Below are positions 51,121 through 64,000 of a stretch of DNA of 64,000 bases, in pieces. Each line of letters starts with the position of its first letter. The first letter of the stretch is position 1. This DNA comes from Macrostomum hystrix. Its lineage: Eukaryota > Animalia > Platyhelminthes. The stretch spans positions 9,486,001-9,550,000 of the forward strand of contig CATNEN010000003.1 of the NCBI GenBank assembly GCA_950097015.1, written 5' to 3'. The notes beneath the pieces are model-generated. The model saw only the letters and a program-made list of their open reading frames with translations. It did no database searches and was not told where the DNA came from. The position numbers and the translations under genes were made by a program.

Positions 51121-53308
51121 TGTGAGGGGACAGAGGTGAATATTTCAATATCGCATTTAAATTAGATAACAAAAATATTCATATTGATTTAATTAAATAA
51201 TTTATTAAGAACTTGATACATAAACAACTGTATATATTTAAGCTGTGCTTAACTCATTGTCTGCTTGAGAATGCTTTTTCGGGAGGCAATTCAAAGGCTC
51301 TCCTGAACCGCATTTGAGGAGGCTGGGGTGGCTGCAGCTGAGACTGCTCACAGTGTGCTCAGAATTGCCCTTTGAGACAAGTGTAGTGGTGCTCACTGAA
51401 CAATAGCAGCTGCTGTGCCGATGACAAAACTAAACTAAAATCATTGCTATGTAAAGATCGGCAACTTCCGAAAAACTGTTTGAAATAAAAAAGCAACACT
51501 GCTCAAATGCTAGCAGCCAGTTTAATTAGCATTTTAAGCAGCCGCATGAGCTGAAGCATGGACGGACAGATAAGAGAAAATCACACTGCTTAGATAGGTT
51601 TAGCCATAGACAGATAATACATTGCAAAAAAGCCAGTGCTCTTTGGTCAGGTGATAACAGCTGCTGAAAGCCATTTTCTGATAAATCTGCGAATAAACCT
51701 GTTAAAAAAATCCCATTCGAGATGGGTCATGAGGTTTGGGATCTGTTTTGATTCAGGAACAGGCTGAGGATTGAGGATTGAGCATTCAGAGTTCAGGATT
51801 CCGGATCTGGGATAAGTGATTCAAATAAAACGTTTTTATTTCTAGGTTTTGTATGTTTATTTTGGGTTCTGGATTCAGGGTTGTGGATTCAGGGCTGTGG
51901 ATTCAGGGCTGTGGATTCAGGGCTGTGGATTCAAGGCTGTGGATTCATGGCTGTGGATTCAGGGCTGTGGATTCAGGGCTGTGGATTCATGGCTGTGAAT
52001 TCAGGGCTGTGGATTCATGGCTGTGGATTCATGGCTGTGGATTCAGGGTTTTAAAATTTATTGAAGATTTTCCCTTCATCATAGCACACACAGCATTCTA
52101 CAGCACTTAACAAGCCTTGGCACAGGCAGGCAGGCAGTCTCTGACTGTTCTCAAACTCATAAAATCATGAACTCAAACTCAGCAGCGGCCCCTATCTGTA
52201 AGGAACGCTTTAAACGATTTGTTAATTTTCTGCTCTATTACTCATCCTCTTGCTTACCTACCTTACCTCGGTGGCTTCTTCGTCTTCTGATTGGATACGA
52301 GTGGCCAACTGCTCATCCAAAGATCCTCTCTCCTTCCACATCTTCCCTCGAGTCCGCGAAGTGTCGGTACGCCTCCAGACCGCAATCCAGATCACTCTGG
52401 TGCCGTCGAGTGGCCACCTGCTCGCAGTCAAGTCATCCGCGCATCCTTCTCGCAGGGTTCTCGCATAATTCACAGCATTTCTGTCACCACCGTGATTGAT
52501 ATTTCTGCCACCTTATGTCTCATTAGACCTCAGCTACGAGAGTTCTAAAAAGTCTATAGAATCTCTAAAACGAAGACAAATAGAAGTAAACATTAATTTG
52601 CAGTCGAATGGATGTAGTGGACGAATATTGCTATGGTTACAGAATGATACTTTCTGCATTCCGGGATCCACTACAATCCCGCGATATTTTGCAATCCCGG
52701 GTTATTTCGGCTTAATCTCGGCATTTCATGATCCCGGGATTGGTCCGATTGGTCCTTCAAGTTTAGGCCAGTTTTTAATTGCCGCATATCTAGGTCAAGC
52801 ACATTTTGTAACAGTTTATTCCCCAGTTTGTCCCGATCATAGACGAAATAAAACAATCATTGGCCGCGAAAGAAACGTCAGAAAGAAATAACGAGTAGAA
52901 ATTCACCGACGGGTGGATCAGGATGGACTTTTAGACTTAGTCTTAGACTTATATACTTTTACTTATGCTCAGAAGTACAAACTGGTACACCCTCTTTTTC
53001 CATCCCACTATGGCATTGTAATCTCAGTCATGTCAGAAATGGGAAAATAAAAAAAATACACCAATCCTGCTGAAATTTCTCCACAACACACGATCGCTAC
53101 TGTAGTACTTTAGTGAAGTTTGACAAGTGCCAAGATTCAGGGTGAGACTCCGAACTAAATTAAGACGCTCATGTTCCATTCAGCTATATTCAATAAAAAG
53201 TAGTGAGTAGTAAGCATGCGAGTTTTTCCCCAGAAAATAGTTACGAGAAAATTGCCTGCAGCACTTTTCAATGTCAGGAATAAAAAAAGAACACGAATGT
53301 AGTTTGTT

Positions 53309-54950
53309 TCAGAACATTTCACTGGCCATTATGATGTTGGGTATCACGCTTCTGATGTCGACCAAATTCTCAGAGAACTGTGGTGAGCCCAATCGGCTGT
53401 AGGACGTGCGGAGCTTCTTTGTGTCATGGATAGCGTAGGCGATGTCGCTTTTGTTCGTGATCGGATCCATGTTGTACACATCCTTGCAGTATTCCTTCAG
53501 CTGTACAGCGGAGGTCTTTGATGCGCTGATACTTTTGCACTGAGAGCTAAGACTTTTTATCCAGCCTTTCTTGTAAGTAGTCGTGCTGCTAATGAAGCTG
53601 TTGTTGGCGAATGCCTCAAAGGCTCGCGACGGTGGTACGAGCACGATGCCGGTGGGTTCTTCCGTGATCGGAAAGTCGGTGGAAAACTTGTTCACCATGG
53701 CGGAGAGGCCGAGGGGACCGGCAAACTTGAAAATGTCTTGAGTCGGGTTGGCAGCCAACTGCAGGATGCAGAAGAAGAAGAACGGGTGCTGCGGCTCCGA
53801 GATCATCAGAGCCGGGTTGCCCAGTCGATCTGGAGGCCACTTCATGCCGAAGTAGATCATTGCGATGGCCTCCGCTGTTATCGGCACAGTGGCCGGGTAC
53901 TTGAGAAACCGGTCCAGTGGTCTCACCAGTGTGTAGTCCAGGTCTGCGTACACTCCACCGAACTGTACAGAACAGGAACAGCACAAAAAACGGTAGCAAT
54001 CAATGTTAATAATAAAAGCAATAATAATACTTGCAGGAGGGCTGCGGGCAGTGGCACATCATTTGGTGGAGTACAAGACGCTAGACCCGCAGCCAGCGAG
54101 GAGGCAATTCAGCCCATTTCACTGACTCCTGAGCACAGACACACACAAGTACCCTACACAGGCATACGCTCACATAGGTGCAGTGCACATCTGCCCTGAC
54201 CTCCTCATCAGCAGGAAGTCCACACTTTACTGTGCCTTAGAGGTTGGCCCTCAAGAGCGTAAATTGCACGACAAGCCCCCAAGCTTTGTCTCTGCGCCAG
54301 AGCCCCAAATAAATGTGGCCTCGCCGTGGAATCGAACCTTTGTGCGAGAGGCGAACGTGTTAACCACCCTGTCACCTACCCCTGCAATCAATGTTCATAA
54401 AGGTACAAATATACTTGAGCTTGGGCGTTGAATGCAAACTCACATGGTGCAGAATCAGGTAGCGAATCATGTCCACTCGCATGATGTGGTGCTTCAGATT
54501 CCGGAACTTGCTCAGCAAATCTGAGTAGTACCTGGCAACAAAGACCTCCAGATCTTTGTCGCGCCAGAGAACGTAGGTCCAGAGCGGATGGATCTGCATC
54601 CAAGACTTGAGCTGGCTGGCGAAGTAGGCGGACACTTGGTCGCTCTTCCACAGGATGTGCCGAATGCGGGGCACTCGGTCAACGGCGTGCCCGATCGCAG
54701 ACTCCAGAGCAGCGTGGCACGGACGGCTGTGGCAGACGCTGCCGAACTCCTTCACCACGGCGCTCAGCTTGAAGAGTTGTGTCCTCGTAATTAACGACTC
54801 GCAAGTGAAATTACTTCTGTTCAGCAGGTTGAACAGGTTTTGACTGTAATTCAACGTTATTGGACTCATATGCCAGAAAAGCACTGACGATGCAAGTAGT
54901 AACAGGCCCACGAACACATGAAGTAGGACACGCCTCGGAGGAGGATTCAT
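53309..54950 (-). CDS. GT32 glycosyltransferase, inverted duplicate of 45491-47132
   Basis: Identical translations; exons 54950-54444 and 53962-53309. Confidence 0.9.
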
Positions 54951-56019
54951 GGCTTTAGCCTATGTTTGGAGAGGTGAACTTAACAGAAATCGGATCCTGT
55001 TTCTAATGCTGTAATCTGCTGGAAGTTACGCAGCAACTAAAATGTTTGCAGTCCACCTGCAACACTTTTTAAAGCTTCTTGGATTTTAATCTGTGACTGC
55101 CGGTATTATATAAAGACTCTTCCGGGGTAGGGGTAAAGTCCATTGTTAAAGTAAGCAGCAAGTGTTTCTAGCCGGTAGCTAGAGCACTACCTAGGTCGCC
55201 ACCGAGTAATTTTTTTAACATTTTTTGCAAACTGTCCCGCACAGTTTTATTATCAATTCTTTAAAAAAGCTTTATAATGCCATGCCGAGTTTTCTCAGTT
55301 CTCTAACAATATAGCGGCAGGTTTGTTTCGGGGCCACAGACGGTATTCTTTATTCAACATAATTTCTTACGCTCGATACACATTTTACAAATTTAGCAGC
55401 AAGCCCCTCCACCGTCGGAAGGACAGTAAGGCTCCTCCACCGTCGCTACAAAACATACTTTTGCACTTTCAAGGCTCTTGGAGTTAAGAGTTCGATAAAT
55501 TTAGTTCGTTTTCCATTTCAGTTTTCTTATTTAAGCAGAGTTGTTGTCTAAATAAAATATTCTTTTTTTCGCTTTTTTTGCCTTGAACTTTCTATTTTCA
55601 AAGCGAATGGTGGAGCGTACGCAGACCCGGACTACAACTCTGTTGAGACCTGAACTCGGAAATCGGATTCCTCTTCAAACGAATCGAAATGAGTCAAATT
55701 TTAAGTAACGAAGTTGCTAAATTCGTTATTGTGGGCACTCAATACCATTTACAGCTTGTTGGGCTCATTGTCAGGCAGTGTGCGCTTTCACTGTGCCTTG
55801 GAGGTTGGCCTTTATTGGCGTAAATTGCACCGCAAGCCTCCAAGCCTTCTCTTCGCGGCTGCGCCCCAAATGAAGGACCGCTCTGCCACTCACCCCCTAT
55901 GATACTCCCTTACGATGCGATGAATAAGTTTTTTTCTGCTTGAATTGGCTCTATTCTAGCTTAACTTTATATGTAATTGTATAGCTTATTCGAAGTCATC
56001 CACCAGACCCAAAAATCTT

Positions 56020-58420
56020 TACAGACACAACAGTCAGCACCCAGGAAATTAATAAGGCAGTGAAAAATACTAAAGAAGAAAAAGGCAGCAGGAGTTGACG
56101 GAATGACAAACGAGCACATAATTTATGGCCTCACAGTTATCAAGCCCGCTCTGCAGAAGCTATTCAACTCAATCCTTAGGCTTGGATATACTCCTAAGCA
56201 ATGGTCACTAGCATTGGTAAGCCCAATCTATACTACAAGAAGGGGTCTCGCAGTGATCCAAAAAACTACGCTCGTACCAACTAAGTCCTGCCAGCCATCG
56301 CGAGCCTGTTTGCATCAATTCATCTATGTTTGCATTAATTTACGAGAAATTAGAAGCCCACATCAAAGCCCTGAATTTACTGTCGGCTAGTCAAATAGGA
56401 AACAGAAAAGGCTGCCGGACTTCCGATCACATTGCAACCCTATTGACATTAATTCATAAAAAGAAGAAAAAGAAAAGACCTTTCCATCTAGTTTTGTTTG
56501 ATTTAAAAAGCGCCTTTGACATGGTTCACCACCCAACCCTAGTCACACTGTGACGTTATTAAACTGGCAGACAGAGTCAGGCGTAACTCAATCCCAATTG
56601 TAGTTTAGAGTTCTCGTAATCAGTGTAGCGGTAGCACTTTAATCTTGATCTTCGTTTATTCCCACTGGGACATACGACAAGCAGGGTGATTTGGTCAGGC
56701 GCAGGAGCTGAATGGTAACAAGGCGATAGGTGCAATAATAGTTAGTAGAGAAGTAATTGGCAGGACGAATACTAGTGCAAATAACAGTGGCCGGGACGAG
56801 AGGTTCCAGAGCCGGGTAACAAACAGAGTGGCCGGCGGAAAAGGACAGTGGAGCGCGCGGAAGACAGAGACGGCGACAGAGACAGAGACGGAGCCAGCGC
56901 CAGAGACAGTGAAGCGCGAGTGGGCTCGGGGGCCCGAGTTAAATAAACTAGCCCGCAGAATAAACAGAGCGATCGATAAATCTAGTCAGAAAGAGCTCGC
57001 ACGCTCATTGGTCGGGGTAGTTAACATTGAAACACGCGTTGGCGTGATGTGCATTGGCGTCTACTTACAGTAGTACTCTAACAATTATAAATAATTATAC
57101 GAAACCGCAGAAGTTGGTGATAGTAAAATGACATTAGTTAAACGGCCCAAATAGGTACGCAGGTTGGGAATTAATATTAGCTTCAGCAAGTGACCACGTC
57201 ACAACACGATTAAAGCAGTTGGGCGTGAACCCAGCAATAATAAGTACCATTGAGAGTATGTACTCGAGCGCGAAATTTCACCTTAAGGAGTCAGAAAGCA
57301 CAGCTACTGAGACGTGTCAAATTACTAATGGCGTCAAGCAAGGATGCCCCCTATCTCCACTGCTATTCTCCCTATACATCGACCCGCTAAGCACAATTCT
57401 AAACAACTCATTTCAAAGCCATACCTCCATATTGAATGAAGAAGTAAGCAACCTGCTTTATTGTGACGATTTAGTCATTTTTGGTGAAGACCTTACAGAA
57501 TAACAAAAAGGCCTCGACAAAGTAGCAGATTTTTGCAATACTTATAAATTAGAAATAAACATTGAGAAGACAAAGCTTCTGAGCTGCAATCTCCATTCAA
57601 GGGCAACACATAGACTGTTTTTACATGGTCAACTGGTTGAACCCGTACAGCAGTGGAAATATCTTGGGTTTCACATGAACGTGAAGGGTACAATAGATAC
57701 TCATGCCATAGAACTAGGTAAAAAAGTGGATATCCAATAATGCTTCTGAGAAAGTTGGCGGGATTTCAGAGAGTAAAACACAAACTGCTCATCTTGTTTA
57801 GCACAACTATGATTGAAAGCATAGTTCTCTATGCATCAGAGGCCTGTAGAGCCTTTGTCTCCTGGAAACTGGGTACTTGGGATCGGAACCTTATAGAGAG
57901 AAATAATTTTAGAATCTGCAAGTCGATTCTGCAAGTTAGTCCAAACACTGACAGCAATGGTGCTCGGTCCGAATTAGGAAGACTACCACTATTATATAGT
58001 ATTCAAGAAAGAAGCCTTCAATACTGGTCCTCAATTCGGAGCCGACCAGACTCCATCATCGCGAAATTGACGAGAGTTACAGAATACAGCGATGTTGGCA
58101 TTGGGGAAAAATGAATAGTGAAGTAATGCGGAATTGTCAACAGACTAGAAAAACAAAGTCCATCAAAACGCACAGAGAGAACTTTGAGTCAGAGTTTCGA
58201 AGGCACTGGACTCAGAGGATGGAAAAATCAGCCAAGCTCAGCCACTTCTATTACACATTTAAGAAAGATCTCTTTAGAGAAGTGCATACCACTTTCTCTG
58301 TGAATTTATTTCTAATTGGAACATAAACTGACCAATCGCATCCGTTTATTATCCGTTAACTAATAAAACTTTGAAGACAAATGAGAAAATGTATGCCATT
58401 CTTTAACCCATGGAATTCAC
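56020..58420 (+). mobile_element. Degenerate non-LTR retrotransposon ORF2 (duplicate copy)
   Basis: Same RT motifs as 42040-44420. Confidence 0.9.
56549..57203. mobile_element. Solo LTR duplicate, TSD ACAC
   Basis: TGTGACGT...ACGTCACA; ACAC on both flanks. Confidence 0.88.
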
Positions 58421-58974
58421 TAACAAGGAATCACAAGATTTTAGTGGCAAATATAAGTCAGTAGCAATCCACAAAGCGTCTGCATAATGCTAAACGAGTT
58501 ATTTGTAGTACGGCTCCTCCACCGTCGCTACAAAACATACTTTTGCACTTTCAAGGCTCTTGGAGTTAAGAGTTCGATAAATTTAGTTCGTTTTCCATTT
58601 CAGTTTTCTTATTTAAGCAGAGTTGTTGTCTAAATAAAATATTCTTTTTTTCGCTTTTTTTGCTTTGAACTTTCTATTTTCAAAGCGAATGGTGGAGTGT
58701 ACGCAGACCCGGACTACAACTCTGTTGAGACCTGAACTCGGAAATCGGATTCCTCTTCAAACGAATCGAAATGAGTCAAATTTTAAGTAACGAAGTTGCT
58801 AAATTCGTTATTGTGGGCACTCAATACCATTTACAGCTTGTTGGGCTCATTGTCAGGCAGTGTGCGCTTTCACTGTGCCTTGGAGGTTGGCCTTTATTGG
58901 CGTAAATTGCACCGCAAGCCTCCAAGCCTTCTCTTCGCGGCTGCGCCCCAAATGAAGGACCGCTCTGCCACTCA

Positions 58975-59182
58975 CCCCAGACACGAATCCAATCGAGATT
59001 TGGGCGAGCTAAAGCGCAGCATTCGAAAAGAGAATGCACCACAGAATTTTGCGGAGCTGCGTCACGCCATTGCAAACGCTTGGCAGCAACTTCCACAGGA
59101 CTTTCTGCGCCGCCTCATCTTGGGGATGCCCCGCTGAGTCGCCTCTCTTCTGCTTGCGAGGGGATCCCACACGCGGTATTAT
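58975..59182 (+). mobile_element. Tc1/mariner transposase C-terminal remnant
   Basis: PDTNPIE.W..LK...PQNFAELRHAIANAWQQLPQDFLRRLILGMPR*V...ARGDPTRY matches the Tc1 SPDLNPIENLW...SMPRR...GG.TKY pattern. Confidence 0.8.
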
Positions 59183-59548
59183 GCATTGCGAGTCTAACTG
59201 CATATAGAAAAAATAAACTTGTGGTTTTGTACGACTGGCGTTATTATTGATTCAATCACCCTTCCCTCACCCGTGTTGACAGAGATAGGGTCTAAGAAAC
59301 GGTATTCGAACATGCGCGACGGTCGCCTAATAGGCAACTCCGAACATGTTCTTTGTTCCGAGAACATGTTCTTTTAAATTAATAAGGCTACTTAATGTAT
59401 ATTAATAAATTAATAACATGAAGAAAAAACTATGCCTTCCTTGGCATGAGGTCAACAAACAAGACAGAGTTAAACCATGTGTGTGTTAAACCATACTAGA
59501 CATAGCACTCCACTAGACATAGCAATCCGCAGAACTCCACCTGATTTA

Positions 59549-60607
59549 CTGTACAGTTCGGTGGAGTGTACGCAGACATGGACTACACTCTGGTGCGACC
59601 ACTGGACCGGTTTCTCAAGTACCCGGCCACTGTGCCGATAACAGCGGAGGCCATCGCAATGATCTACTTCGGCATGAAGTGGCCTCCAGATCGACTGGGC
59701 AACCCGGCTCTGATGATCTCGGAGCCGCAGCACGGCCGTTCTTCTTCTTCTGCATCCTGCAGTTGGCTGCCAACCCGACTCAAGACATTTTCAAGTTTGC
59801 CGGTCCTCTCGGCCTCTCCGCCATGGTGAACAAGTTTTCCACCGACTTCCCGATCACGGAAGAACCCACCGGCATCGTGCTCGTACCACCGTCGCGAGCC
59901 TTTGAGGCATTCGCCAACAACAGCTTCATTAGCAGCACGACTACTTACAAGAAAGGCTGGATAAAAAGTCTTAGCTTTCAGTGCAAAAGTATCAGCGCAT
60001 CAATGACCTCCGCTGTACAGCTGAAGGAATACTGCAAGGATGTGTACAACATGGATCCGATCACGAACAAAAGCGACATCGCCTACGCTCTCCATGACAC
60101 AAAGAAGCTCCGTACGTCCTACAGCCGATTGGGCTTGTTATGGCGATCGTGCAATTATTCTGGAAGTTTCTTCCAGGAAGTATTCATTTGTTATAATGCG
60201 TGAGTTCATTTGTTTATTCCAGAATCTTCTGGACCCTTCTCTCGTGTGCGCGCGTGCCATGTATGGTATCCTTCTGGAAAGTTCCCGGGCCCCCCTCTGG
60301 AAAGTCCCCACTCGCGCTCCCGCCTATCAATAGAAACTCCACGCGCAGTCATAACCAAAACTTCTTTGGGGTCCTCCAGCTAATTATTGCTAGCCCAGAC
60401 TACTACAAATACACGCTTCAAGCAAATGTACTGCCGAGTGCTTGCTATCGGCGCACATCCGTTTTAACTATAACTCTACTACACGGAGCCTCTGCAGTGT
60501 TCGTTATTTGCAAGGATACTACAGGGCTCACCACAGTTCTCTGAGAATAATTGGAGGACATCAGAAGCGTGATACCTAACATCATAATGGCCAGTGAAAT
60601 GTTCTGA
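59549..60607 (+). pseudogene. GT32 pseudogene (exon 2 only) with frameshift and solo-LTR insertion
   Basis: Near-identical to 46471-47132; +1 indel at ~59734; insertion at 60136-60523; no exon 1. Confidence 0.9.
60136..60523. mobile_element. Solo LTR (388 bp), 5-bp TSD GGGCT
   Basis: TGT...ACA termini; GGGCT on both flanks; the empty site GGGCTCACC is seen in the intact paralog at 47051. Confidence 0.88.
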
Positions 60608-61744
60608 AAAACGACATTCGTGCAGTGTGTTCTTTTTATTTTTGTTCGTGGTATTGGGACGTGCTCTAGGCATTTTTTACCTTTGCCAGTTTATCCTTTT
60701 AAGCATAAGTAAAAGTATATAAGTAAAAGACTAAGTCTAAAATTCCATCCTGGTGCACCCGTCGGGCCGGGTTTCTAGATTTACTCTTACCCAGCGCTCA
60801 ACCAACCTCACTGCAGGAGTGAAGCGAGTTTAAACCAAGAACCACTAGAAGAAGACTATCTCGTGGTCTTGTAAGCTGTGAACAATAACCTATTATAGAG
60901 TTTATTCGGTGATACGTTTTTTATAGTGTATATAATGATGTGAAGTGTATTTACTAAGCATTATTCCCAAACATACGATTATGTAAATAACAGTTTTTTA
61001 GGAACTTTCTTAGAACTTTTAGTTATTTAAAAACGTATTTGCCCGCTTTTCAATCTCCTTGTCCTCTTCGTCAGCATTGTGACGTTGTCTCTCTAATTTA
61101 ATGTAATTTTAATATGCTATTACTAATTAAGTGCATTATTTTCGTTAGCTATATTTTTTAGGGATATTTATTCGGTTTTCCATATATATTTATAATGGTT
61201 TTGTTTTAGTGTACTACATAGTCGTAGTTCGTATTCAAATGTGCTAATTAGGCCTTTCCAGGAAGGCTCCCAACCCCCCGTGCCTGGTTCTGGTTCTACG
61301 ACTGAGTGCTGGCTATTATTTAAGTCTGGCTAATTTCAACTGTAGCCGTAACTGCTTTCAAGTGAATCGTGATTCATCTAACATATCTCTAAGTCATATA
61401 GCCAGCATTCACCGTTAAGCGATCTCGTTATTTGAAGACCCAATTTACTGCCGAATAATAATTTACCTTACTGCTATTCAAATAGACCGAACCGCTACGC
61501 CTATACATTGGGACCGAAACTTCGTCATAGCATGGTCACTGAAAAAGCTAAAACATATAAGCCTAGGCCAAAATATATGAAGACACGATGGAGAAATCAA
61601 CTTTCTCACTTATTTATTTTTTTAACGTTGAAGTTATTAACTTATAACTTAACGTTGGCGACATTTTACCGCGCGGTAAAAACCGCTAACTTTACCGCAT
61701 AGTAATGTCAACACATTACCCTGCGGTAAAGTTAGCGGTTTTTT

Positions 61745-62930
61745 CCGCACTGTTTATAACATCTAAAAAACCGCAGTGTTTAAATAACCTCGATCATTGC
61801 AGGCTTTGACTATGCGGTGAACTATGCGGAATTTACCGCACTGTTTAAATAACCTCATTTCAGGCTTTGACTATGCGGTGAACTATGCGGTTTTTTCCGC
61901 ACTGTTTAAATAACCTCATTTCAGGCTTTGACTATGCGGTGAACTATGCGGTTTTTTCCGCACTGTTTAAATAACCTCGATCATTGCAGGCTTTGACTAT
62001 GCGGTGGAGGACTATGCGGAATTTACCGCACTGTTTAAATAACCTCATTTCAGGCTTTGACTATGCGGTGGACTATGCGGTTTTTTCCGCACTGTTTAAA
62101 TAACCTCATTTCAGGCTTTGACTATGCGGTGAACTATGCGGTTTTTTTCCGCACTGTTTAAATAACCTCATTTCAGGCTTTGACTATGCGGTGAACTATG
62201 CGGTTTTTTCCGCACTGTTTAAATAACCTCATTTCTGGCTTTGACTATGCGGTGAACTATGCGGTTTTTTCCGCACTGTTTAAATAACCTCATTTCAGGC
62301 TTTGACTATGCGGTGAACTATGCGGTTTTTTCCGCACTGTTTATAACATCTAAAAAACCGCAGTGTTTAAATAACCTCGATCATTGCAGGCTTTGACTAT
62401 GCGGTGGAGGACTATGCGGAATTTACCGCACTGTTTAAATAACCTCATTTCAGGCTTTGACTATGCGGTGGACTATGCGGTTTTTTCCGCACTGTTTAAA
62501 TAACCTCATTTCAGGCTTTGACTATGCGGTGAACTATGCGGTTTTTTTCCGCACTGTTTAAATAACCTCATTTCAGGCTTTGACTATGCGGTGAACTATG
62601 CGGTTTTTTCCGCACTGTTTATAACATCTAAAAAACCGCAGTGTTTAAATAACCTCGATCATTGCAGGCTTTGACTATGCGGTGGAGGACTATGCGGAAT
62701 TTACCGCACTGTTTAAATAACCTCATTTCAGGCTTTGACTATGCGGTGGACTATGCGGTTTTTTCCGCACTGTTTAAATAACCTCATTTCAGGCTTTGAC
62801 TATGCGGTGGACTATGCGGAATTTACCGCACTGTTTAAATAACCTCATTTCAGGCTCTGACTATGCCGTGAACTATGCGGTTTTTTCCCCACTGTTTAAA
62901 TAACCTCATTTCAGGCTTTGACTATGCGGT
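61745..62930. repeat. ~61-bp satellite with higher-order structure, preceded by a long hairpin
   Basis: Unit ACTGTTTAAATAACCTCATTTCAGGCTTTGACTATGCGGTGAACTATGCGGTTTTTTCCGC. Confidence 0.92.
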
Positions 62931-63150
62931 CTCGCGCTCCAGAGGTGTAGACTGGCTTAAGTTTTTGAACGGCGCGCCAGGCCTGGGTCTTCTTGTCCGC
63001 GATGATCACATCCGGGCTCATCACCGGGACACCCAAGTAGCGGAAGTCGCTGCACGCCGCGATGACCTCACCGTTGGGCAGGGCCAGGGGCGGTGGGTCC
63101 TCAAATCCCAGGTGTAGTACCTCCATCTTGCTGCCGTTGACGGTCAAAGT
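62930..63150 (-). mobile_element. RTE-like reverse transcriptase fragment
   Basis: LTVNGSKMEV...DFRYLG...AWRAVQKLKPVY. Confidence 0.75.
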
Positions 63151-64000
63151 GAGTGTGAGCCGCTGAGTGTCAAAGAATAAAAATAACTAACCAACTGCTT
63201 GGAGCTTAGACCGTTTGACTAAGTTTATTCTTAGCTGGATAGCTGAGACAATGACCATTACACTAGTCAAGTTAGTAAGTTATTAAATAAAAATAATATA
63301 TGAAATTATTTAATTAAATTATTTAATTAAAGGAAGTTAATGTTAATAATTTATTTTAATTTTTATTATTTATTAATTTCTTATTACTAATTAAGTATAC
63401 TAATTTCAAAATTATCACTTTCAGCGGCCTTGCATGAAGCCGTAACAACAGATTCATAGCAGAATGATCTACAATGTACCGCTTCTCAGAGAATAATATT
63501 AGGTCACGTGCAAATAACAGCTTGACAAAAAGAAAATTTGAAGTGCGTGACCAACTTAAAATTATACAACGAAGCTTTAGCTGATTGAATTAAAACAATA
63601 TTTTAGTAGTGGTGCCTTTAGAATAATCGGATGCTGCAAGATATTTATTTACCATCGGAATTTTGCAAAACCCAAAATAACATACAAGAAGTAAGTCCGA
63701 TTCGTCTTATTCTCAGTATCACAAAATTCCGGGTCAAATTCAGAAAGCACACGCGAAAAAATGTGAACGAAGGGTTTTGTCTAGAACTTTCGAACCATTT
63801 GATCAAAATGCTTAATTTTGCACAGAGTTGTATAAAAATATGTGCTTGAGGTGGTACAAATGTGGTACAGGCTGTACGAGCGTATGTATTCTATTTTTGG
63901 AGAGAGAAGACCATTTGCTACCGGGAATGACTTCATTAAAACTTCAGACGATGATTTCTTACTTATTAAAGCTTGTTCAGATCAACTTTTGAGCTCAAAA

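Larger units (their letters stand above)
51870..58515. repeat. Right arm of the inverted segmental duplication
   Basis: Reverse complement of 41951-48520 with a few SNPs and indels. Confidence 0.97.

Noticed and set aside
61745-62930. CRISPR-like array
   Set aside because: Contiguous tandem units without unique spacers, no cas genes, eukaryotic context

Overview
Eukaryotic, intron-containing, repeat-rich animal DNA. It is probably a free-living flatworm of the Macrostomum type, inferred from a spliced-leader (SL)-like 44-mer (SL recalled from memory) and abundant intronic minisatellites. In order: (1) 5' part of a minus-strand signal peptide/LDLa/fibronectin-III receptor gene whose introns are filled with 21- and 23-bp satellites; (2) an intronless PAN-like + C-type lectin gene; (3) a genomic SL-exon copy not followed by a splice donor; (4) two related CMC/EnSpm-type DNA transposons, each with a DUF4806-like gene head-to-head with a transposase (A truncated, B apparently intact), sharing one right TIR; (5) an AIG1/GIMAP GTPase with two +1 frameshifts and a hidden CaaX box; (6) a multi-exon gene apparently encoding two TRIM37-like RING fingers, a TM helix and a LAP1/LULL1-like luminal domain; (7) a GT32 glycosyltransferase cluster with a DXD-less paralog, two near-identical copies in a ~6.6-kb inverted duplication, and pseudogene fragments; (8) LINE, SINE, solo-LTR, Tc1 and Penelope-like remnants and several satellites. 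Exon models were read by eye and are approximate. No databases were searched.
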